Positions 57,252-64,000 of a DNA stretch of 64,000 nt are shown here, one piece after another. The position numbers and the translations under genes are program-made. The stretch covers positions 258 through 64,257 of the forward strand of contig JBKPAJ010000023.1 in assembly GCA_046726375.1 (NCBI GenBank), given 5' to 3'. The DNA comes from Acidobacteriota bacterium. GTDB lineage: Bacteria > Acidobacteriota > Vicinamibacteria > Vicinamibacterales > UBA2999. The notes below the pieces were generated by a model. The model had not been told where the DNA came from. It saw nothing but the letters and a program-made list of their open reading frames with translations, and did not search any database. Within the stretch, counting starts at the first letter, position 1, and each line of letters opens with the position of its first letter.

Positions 57252-57453
57252 TTGCGTTTGCCGTCATCGAGACGGTCGATGTAATGGGGCGGCTTCGCCC
57301 TGTGGCGCAGCGTTCTTGTCCGCCCATCGCTGGAGCGGAGGGAAGCCGCGCCCTTGAAATCGCGTGGCTTGAACCACGCCTTTGTAGTGGCGCAGCGTTC
57401 TCAACCGCGCTCGCTTAAGCGGGGCGGAGGCCGCGCCGCCAGGATCCCTAACA

Positions 57454-57885
57454 ATGCGCAGTTTCGTTGCAACCCCGAAGACCGTGTCTCGCCGCTGGCA
57501 CGTCATTGACGCCGACGGCCAGGTCCTCGGCCGGATTGCTACCTGTGCGGCGCGCCTGCTTCAGGGCAAGCACAAGGCTACCTATACGCCGTTCCTCGAC
57601 ACCGGCGACCACGTCGTGATCGTGAATGCCGCGAAAGTGAAGCTCACAGGCCGCAAGGAAGACCAAAAGGTGTATCGCCGCCACAGCGGCTATCTCGGAG
57701 GCCTCAAGGAAGAGCGTGCCGGCAAAGTGCGCACGCAGCATCCCACGCGCCTCGTCGAAGAGGCCGTGCGCGGCATGTTGCCGAAGACAAAACTCGGGGA
57801 CGCGATGTATCGAAAGTTGAAAGTGTACGCGGGCAAGGATCACCCGCATCAGGCCCAGCAACCAACTGCTCACGAGGTGGCGTAA
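57454..57885 (+). CDS. rplM: 50S ribosomal protein L13
   Basis: WHVIDA.G.VLGR, GKHK..YTP..DTGD, RGMLPK. Confidence 0.98.
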   Translation: MRSFVATPKTVSRRWHVIDADGQVLGRIATCAARLLQGKHKATYTPFLDTGDHVVIVNAAKVKLTGRKEDQKVYRRHSGYLGGLKEERAGKVRTQHPTRLVEEAVRGMLPKTKLGDAMYRKLKVYAGKDHPHQAQQPTAHEVA

Positions 57886-57888
57886 ATC

Positions 57889-58281
57889 TTGGCAGCACTT
57901 CAGTACTACGCAACAGGGCGCCGCAAGGAATCAACGGCGCGGGTTTTCCTCCGACCGGGCAAAGGCACCATCACCGTCAACTACCGCGAGTTCGCCAACT
58001 ACTTCCCCACCGAAGCGTTGCGCGTGCAGGTTCGCCAGCCGCTGCAGCTCACCGAAGCGGGCGATAAATTCGACGTGGTGTGCACCGTGGACGGCGGCGG
58101 CGTCACCGGCCAGGCCGGCGCGATTCGTCTCGGCATCGCGCGCGCGCTCGTGGAGTTCAACGCGGAGCTGCGCCCTCGTCTGAAGAAAGAAGGACTGCTA
58201 ACGCGCGACGCGCGCGCCAAGGAGCGCAAGAAGTACGGGATGGCTGGAGCACGCAAGCGCTTCCAGTTCAGTAAGCGTTAA
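57889..58281 (+). CDS. rpsI: 30S ribosomal protein S9
   Basis: TGRRK, GGG..GQAGAIR, ends QFSKR. Confidence 0.98.
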   Translation: MAALQYYATGRRKESTARVFLRPGKGTITVNYREFANYFPTEALRVQVRQPLQLTEAGDKFDVVCTVDGGGVTGQAGAIRLGIARALVEFNAELRPRLKKEGLLTRDARAKERKKYGMAGARKRFQFSKR

Positions 58282-58304
58282 CGCACGTTATGGATGGAGG
58301 ACAT

Positions 58305-59123
58305 TTGACCCCGCTCGCGATGAAAGACCTGCTCGAAGCAGGCGTGCATTTCGGCCACCAGACCAAGCGCTGGAATCCCAAGATGAAGCCCTACATCTTC
58401 GGGGAGCGCAGCGGCATCTATATTCTCGACCTCGGCAAAACGGTCCGGATGTTCAAGACGGCCGAAGATTTCGTGCGTCAGCTCGCGGCCGAGGGCAAGA
58501 CGGTGCTGTTTGTCGGCACCAAGCGGCAGGCACAGGACGTCATCGCGGAAGAAGCCACGCGCTCGGGCATGTATTACGTCAACGAGCGCTGGCTGGGCGG
58601 TCTCCTCACCAACTTCACGACCATTCAGCGCAGCATCGCGCGTCTGCGCGACCTCGAAGCGATGGCCACCGACGGCCGCTACGAGTTCATGCCGAAAAAG
58701 GAGATCGCGCGCGCGGAAAAAGAAAAGCGCAAGCTGCTGAAGAACCTCGAAGGCATCCGCAACATGTCGCGGCTTCCCGACGCGCTCTTCGTGGTGGACA
58801 CGCGCAAGGAAAAGATCGCGGTTGACGAAGCGCGCAAGCTGAAGATTCCCGTGATCGGTATCGTCGACACCAACTGCGATCCCGACGAAGTCGACTTCGC
58901 GATTCCTGGCAACGACGATGCGCTGCGAGCGATCCGGTTGTTTGCGGCACGCGTCGCCGACGTGATCCTCGACGGCCGCGGCGAGCGCGAATCCGCGCTG
59001 GCCGAACAGGCGCAGGCCGAGGCCGAAGCGGTGGCCGCCGAAGAGGCGAACCGTACGGTCCGGCCGGCTAACCTGCGCCGCCCGCAGCGCGCAAGCGAAA
59101 CGCCGACGCCGGCAACCCCATAA
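58305..59123 (+). CDS. rpsB: 30S ribosomal protein S2
   Basis: [22 protein letters not shown]; TTG start after GGAGG. Confidence 0.97.
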   Translation: MTPLAMKDLLEAGVHFGHQTKRWNPKMKPYIFGERSGIYILDLGKTVRMFKTAEDFVRQLAAEGKTVLFVGTKRQAQDVIAEEATRSGMYYVNERWLGGLLTNFTTIQRSIARLRDLEAMATDGRYEFMPKKEIARAEKEKRKLLKNLEGIRNMSRLPDALFVVDTRKEKIAVDEARKLKIPVIGIVDTNCDPDEVDFAIPGNDDALRAIRLFAARVADVILDGRGERESALAEQAQAEAEAVAAEEANRTVRPANLRRPQRASETPTPATP

Positions 59124-59146
59124 GTCCCAAGAGGGGTGAGTTTAGG

Positions 59147-59177
59147 AGCGCCGGCTGTATTTCGGCCGGCGCTTTTT
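59147..59177 (+). terminator. Intrinsic terminator/attenuator between rpsB and tsf
   Basis: agcgccggctg-tattt-cggccggcgct hairpin followed by a T-run. Confidence 0.7.
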
Positions 59178-59193
59178 CTGTACCGAGGAACCC

Positions 59194-59793
59194 ATGGCTA
59201 CGATTACTGCGGACCAAGTAAAACAACTTCGCGACAAAACTGGGGCGGGCATGATGGATTGCAAGACGGCCCTTACCGAATCCAGCGGTGACTTCGACAA
59301 GGCCGTCGAACATCTTCGCAAGAAAGGGCTCGCCTCGGCCGCCAAACGCGCGGGTCGCGCCGCGAAGGACGGCATGATCGGCCACTACATCCACATGGGC
59401 GGCAAGGTCGGTGTCCTCGTCGAGGTGAACTGCGAAACCGACTTCGCCGCGCGCACCGAAGATTTCCAGACGCTCGCGAAGGAACTCGCGATGCACGTCG
59501 CGGCGGCCGATCCGCGCTACGTCAAGCGCGAGGACATTCCGGCCGAGGTTGTGGAGAAGGAAAAGGAGATCTTTCGCGCGCAGGCTGCGGGCAAGCCCGC
59601 AAACGTCGTGGAAAAAATCGTCGAAGGCAAACTCGAGAGCTACTACTCGCAGGTGTGCCTGATGGATCAGCCCTCGGTCCGTGATCCGAACATTACGATC
59701 AAGCAGATGATCGCAAACGCCGCGGCGAAGACGGGGGAGAATGTGACAGTCTCGCGTTTTGTCCGATTCAAGTTAGGAGAGCTCGCTGAATAA
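59194..59793 (+). CDS. tsf: Elongation factor Ts (short form)
   Basis: [24 protein letters not shown]. Confidence 0.97.
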   Translation: MATITADQVKQLRDKTGAGMMDCKTALTESSGDFDKAVEHLRKKGLASAAKRAGRAAKDGMIGHYIHMGGKVGVLVEVNCETDFAARTEDFQTLAKELAMHVAAADPRYVKREDIPAEVVEKEKEIFRAQAAGKPANVVEKIVEGKLESYYSQVCLMDQPSVRDPNITIKQMIANAAAKTGENVTVSRFVRFKLGELAE

Positions 59794-59797
59794 TGGC

Positions 59798-59892
59798 GAA
59801 TCTGGAGATTTGGCGATCTCGAGATTTGGAGAGGATTTGGTGATCAGGCCAGATCGTCTCCAAATCTCCACATCTCCAGATCTCCAAATTCA
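59798..59892. repeat. Inverted octamer array (GGAGATTT ... AAATCTCC)
   Basis: tggagatt/tggcgatc/tcgagatt face aaatctcc/acatctcc/agatctcc. Confidence 0.88.
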
Positions 59893-59902
59893 CGGACTAT
59901 AA

Positions 59903-60639
<737 letters not shown>

Positions 60640-60640
<1 letters not shown>

Positions 60641-60672
60641 AGTTACAAGTTCAAAGTTCAAAGTTCAAAGTT
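60640..60672. repeat. Single-arm AAGTTCA heptamer array
   Basis: aagttacaagttcaaagttcaaagttcaaagtt. Confidence 0.85.
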
Positions 60673-60686
60673 GAGGCAGTTGAGCT

Positions 60687-61256
60687 ATGGAAGCGAGTGA
60701 CATTAAGAGCTTGTTTGCCGAAGTCAAAAAACGGATGGATGGGCAAATCGACTTCGTCCGCAAGGAACTCGCCGGCGTGCGCACGGGACGCGCGACTACG
60801 GGACTGCTCGACAGCGTGCATGTCGACGCCTACGGATCGAAGATGCCCCTGAATCAGGTGGCGTCGCTCTCGGTGCCCGAACCCGCGATGATCATCGCGC
60901 AGCCGTTCGATCCCACGCTGATGGCCACGATCGAAAAAGCGATTCGCGCGTCGGATCTCGGCCTCAACCCGTCGAACGACGGCAAGGTGATCCGGATTCC
61001 GATTCCGGCGCTTACCGATGAACGGCGCAAGGAGCTGTCGCGTCACGTCCACAAGCTCACCGAGGAGGGCCGCAATCACATCCGTACCGTCCGCCGCGAC
61101 GCGAACGATAAGCTCAAAAAGATGCTGAAGGATCATCAGATCTCGGAAGACGACGAAAAGCGGGCGATTGCGGAGGTGCAGAAGATCACCGATCTGCACA
61201 TCAAGTCGCTTGATGATCTGCAGCAGAAAAAGGACGCGGAATTGCTAGGAAAGTGA
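60687..61256 (+). CDS. frr: Ribosome recycling factor
   Basis: RTGRA, YG...PLNQVA, LGLNP.NDG, LTDERRKEL. Confidence 0.97.
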   Translation: MEASDIKSLFAEVKKRMDGQIDFVRKELAGVRTGRATTGLLDSVHVDAYGSKMPLNQVASLSVPEPAMIIAQPFDPTLMATIEKAIRASDLGLNPSNDGKVIRIPIPALTDERRKELSRHVHKLTEEGRNHIRTVRRDANDKLKKMLKDHQISEDDEKRAIAEVQKITDLHIKSLDDLQQKKDAELLGK

Positions 61257-61261
61257 CACGT

Positions 61262-61434
61262 GAATGTGGAGATCTCGCGATCTGGAGATTTGGAGAAAAT
61301 GTGGAGATTTGGAAATGTGGAGACTGGGACATGTGGAGATCTTGAAATGTGGAGATTTGGAAAATCTGAAAATCTGGTGATCTCCAAATTTTCTCCAAAT
61401 CTCCACATCACCAAATCTCCAGATTCGGAGATCA
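61262..61434. repeat. Inverted octamer array (GGAGATkT ... AAATCTCC) with a longer left arm
   Basis: Roughly 14 G-rich units followed by roughly 6 C-rich units. Confidence 0.9.
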
Positions 61435-61441
61435 GCGCGCG

Positions 61442-62617
61442 GTGAGGTTTTTCACGCACCTAGAGTGTGCTTCTCAGTGCGGTGCGGGTCCCTTCAATCC
61501 GCGCGACCGTCACTTTCTCTGTCCTTCATGTGAACTGCCGCTCCTGGCCCGCTACGATCTGAACGCGGCGCGCGCGTGGCGGCGCGACTCGCTGCTCGGC
61601 CGCGAGGCGAACATGTGGCGCTATCGCGAGATGATGCCGCTTCTGCCAGGGGACACGGCGATCACGCTAGGTGAAGGGTTCACGCCGCTGCCCTGGGCGA
61701 AGCGTCTTGGACAGGCGCTTGGACTGCATCGCCTTTACATCAAGGACGAATCGCTCAATCCCACCAACTCGTTCAAGGCGCGCGGTCTGTCGGCGGCAAT
61801 CACCCGCGCGAAGGCGCTTGGCGCGGAGACCATTGCGTTGCCCACTGCCGGCAACGCTGGCAACGCCGCCGCTGCGTACTCGGCGGCGGCCGGCCTCGCC
61901 TGCAAGGTCTTCATCCCTCGCGACGCGAAGAGGCCCTTCATCGACGAGTGCCGGCTGTACGGCGCCGACGTGACGCTCGTCGACGGACTGATCACCGACG
62001 CCGGACGGATGGCGGCCGAACAGGGCAAACCGCTTGGTTGGTACGACGTGTCCACACTGAAGGAGCCGTATCGCGTCGAAGGGAAGAAAACGATGGGATA
62101 CGAGCTCGCCGAGCAGTTCGAGTGGCGCCTGCCCGATTGGATCATCTATCCAACCGGCGGCGGTACCGGACTCGTCGGGATGTGGAAGGCGTTCGACGAG
62201 CTCGAGGCGATCGGCTGGATCGAGCCCGGGCATCGTCCAAAGATGGTGTCGGTGCAGTCAACCGGTTGCGCGCCGATCGTTCGCGCGTTTGAAAGCGGAG
62301 CGCAACGCGCCGCGCCGTGGGCCGACGCCCACACGGCCGCCGACGGCCTGCGCGTGCCGCGCGCGATCGGCGATTTCCTGATCCTCCGCGCCATCCGGGA
62401 AAGCGCCGGCACCGCTGTCGCCGTTCCGGACTCGCAGATGATCGACGACATGATCGAGATCGGAAAGCACGAGGGGATCTCCGCCGCGCCCGAAGGCGGC
62501 GCCGCGCTGAGCGCGATTCGCAAGCTCGTCGTAGAGGGAAAGATTCAGCGCGACGAAACGGTGGTGCTGTTCAACACGGGCGGGGCTTTGAAGTACCTGG
62601 ATGTGTTGCGCAGGTAG
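61442..62617 (+). CDS. thrC: Threonine synthase
   Basis: LGEGFTP, NPTNSFKARG, PYRVEGKKTM, YPTGGG, FNTG. Confidence 0.9.
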   Translation: MRFFTHLECASQCGAGPFNPRDRHFLCPSCELPLLARYDLNAARAWRRDSLLGREANMWRYREMMPLLPGDTAITLGEGFTPLPWAKRLGQALGLHRLYIKDESLNPTNSFKARGLSAAITRAKALGAETIALPTAGNAGNAAAAYSAAAGLACKVFIPRDAKRPFIDECRLYGADVTLVDGLITDAGRMAAEQGKPLGWYDVSTLKEPYRVEGKKTMGYELAEQFEWRLPDWIIYPTGGGTGLVGMWKAFDELEAIGWIEPGHRPKMVSVQSTGCAPIVRAFESGAQRAAPWADAHTAADGLRVPRAIGDFLILRAIRESAGTAVAVPDSQMIDDMIEIGKHEGISAAPEGGAALSAIRKLVVEGKIQRDETVVLFNTGGALKYLDVLRR

Positions 62618-62620
62618 CTA

Positions 62621-62710
62621 AATCTCCAAATTCAAGAATCTCCAGATTTTCAATCTTCAACTCTCCAGATTCTCTCCAAATCCCCAGATCACCAGATCTC
62701 GAGATTCACG
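62621..62710. repeat. Single-arm octamer array (AAATCTCC type)
   Basis: aaatctcc/aaattcaa/gaatctcc/.../aaatcccc/agatcacc/agatctcg. Confidence 0.85.
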
Positions 62711-62716
62711 TTTCAC

Positions 62717-63799
62717 CTAGTCGCCAAACCCGACACCGATCGCGCGTGCCGTTCGCAGAAGGTCGTAATCCAACGGCACCGTCTTCGTCTTCCCCACGAC
62801 ATCGCCCAACGGAATCGGGACGATGTCGGGCGGGTTGTTGGCCACCATCCGTCCAAACACTCCTCGGCAAAGCAGCTCCACGGCCTTGCCCCCGAAGCGG
62901 GTGGCCAGCACGCGATCGAAGGCGGTGGGCGCGCCACCGCGCTGAAGGTGCCCCAGCACCACGCAGCGCGTTTCCTTTTTCATCGAATGCTGGAGCTGCT
63001 GGGCCACAATCGCGCCGACGCCGCCGAGCCGCTCGACATGACCGCCATGCGCTTCCTCGATCAGCGTCTTGGTGCCGCCGATCGGCGTGGCGCCCTCGGC
63101 GACCACGACAATGCTGAAGCGTGCGCCAAAAGACTCGCGCTCGCGAATGTGCGCGACGATCTTGTCGATGGCGAACGGAATCTCGGGGATCAAAATAATG
63201 TCGGCGCCCCCGGCGACACCGGCGTGCAGCGCGATCCAGCCGGCATAGCGCCCCATCAGTTCGACGACCATGATGCGCCGATGCGCTTCGGCGGTCGAGT
63301 GGAGCCGATCGATCGCATCCGCCGCATACGAGACCGCCGTATCGAAACCAAAACAGCTCGTCGTGCCCCAGATGTCGTTGTCGATCGTCTTCGGCACGCC
63401 GACGATCGGGATGCCTTTCAGATAAAACTGGTGCGCAATGTGGAGCGTGCCGTCGCCGCCGATGACGACGAGCGCGTCGAGTCCCATCTCCTCAAAGGTT
63501 TGCACGACACGATCCGAGTAATCGACGTGACCGTCTTTGGTCTCGACCGGGTAATCGAACGGATTGCCCTTGTTGGTGGTGCCGAGAATGGTGCCGCCGA
63601 GCCGAAGAATGCCGGTGACGTCTCGCGGCACGAGCGTGCGCGTCCGCGAGCGATCCAGTAAGCCGTCGAAACTGTCCTCGAGCCCAATCACTTCGATGCC
63701 GTTGTTGAAGGCCGCCTTCACAACGGCGCGGATGACTGCGTTCAAACCCGGAGCGTCGCCGCCGCCGGTCAACACTCCGATTCGTTTCACTGGAGACAT
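62717..63799 (-). CDS. pfkA: 6-phosphofructokinase
   Basis: TGGGDAPGLNA, GGTILGT, GGDGT, PKTIDND, MGR. Confidence 0.95.
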   Translation of the reverse strand: MSPVKRIGVLTGGGDAPGLNAVIRAVVKAAFNNGIEVIGLEDSFDGLLDRSRTRTLVPRDVTGILRLGGTILGTTNKGNPFDYPVETKDGHVDYSDRVVQTFEEMGLDALVVIGGDGTLHIAHQFYLKGIPIVGVPKTIDNDIWGTTSCFGFDTAVSYAADAIDRLHSTAEAHRRIMVVELMGRYAGWIALHAGVAGGADIILIPEIPFAIDKIVAHIRERESFGARFSIVVVAEGATPIGGTKTLIEEAHGGHVERLGGVGAIVAQQLQHSMKKETRCVVLGHLQRGGAPTAFDRVLATRFGGKAVELLCRGVFGRMVANNPPDIVPIPLGDVVGKTKTVPLDYDLLRTARAIGVGFGD

Positions 63800-63824
63800 C
63801 AGGTTCGGACTATATCATTCGCGC

Positions 63825-63852
63825 TTGCAGCGATTTTGAGCTGTGCTATACT
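63825..63852 (+). promoter_or_regulatory. Sigma70-type promoter with extended -10
   Basis: TTGCAG-16 nt-TATACT, with TG one base upstream of the -10. Confidence 0.55.
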
Positions 63853-63960
63853 GCCGCCGCTTCCGATTCCTCCGAGGCTCTCCCGGCCCTCGAAAAACAC
63901 AAACGCAAGAGCAAGGATTTCGGCCGTGCTGCCGAAATAGCAGGAGAAGGACTGTACCCG

Positions 63961-64000
63961 ATGAACTTCAAGAAGACCACTGGCTTGGCCCCGGCCGTTT
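63961..64000 (+). CDS. Start of an unidentified CDS (runs off window end)
   Basis: AGGAGAAGG RBS, then ATG AAC TTC AAG AAG (MNFKKTTGLAPAV). Confidence 0.5.
   Translation, partial: MNFKKTTGLAPAV

Overview
GC-rich bacterial chromosomal window, most likely an Acidobacteriota (Vicinamibacterales-like) genome. That assignment is inferred from an ADOP-permease remnant, the gene order and the small-protein families. Most of it is housekeeping: mutL, corA, ppdK, glyQS, recO, mgtE, era, corC-like, ybeY, phoH, aspS, hisS, dcd, ndk, sucCD, mdh, serA, kdsB-pyrG-kdsA-kdsD-lapB, coaE, folD, thiE, accBC, pilMNOPQ, rplM-rpsI-rpsB-tsf-pyrH-frr, thrC and pfkA. A small accessory block lies at about 31-40 kb. 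Most notable: (1) a secreted heme-c/PHM-like dicopper monooxygenase gene sits about 1 kb from a secreted PAL-like NHL propeller gene, and together they retain motifs matching the catalytic residues of both halves of eukaryotic peptide-amidating PAM; (2) many intergenic gaps hold head-to-head inverted tandem arrays of 7-, 8-, 9- or 13-bp units, with one architecture but different unit sequences, including an exact 33-bp copy 43 kb apart and arrays bracketing thrC; (3) REP-like elements have been captured in-frame in ybeY and pepP, and a 9-mer array in ppdK; (4) phoH and a LysE gene appear to start at ATC and ATA. No rRNA, tRNA, CRISPR array or transposase was seen. All calls are by eye from sequence motifs; no database searches were run.
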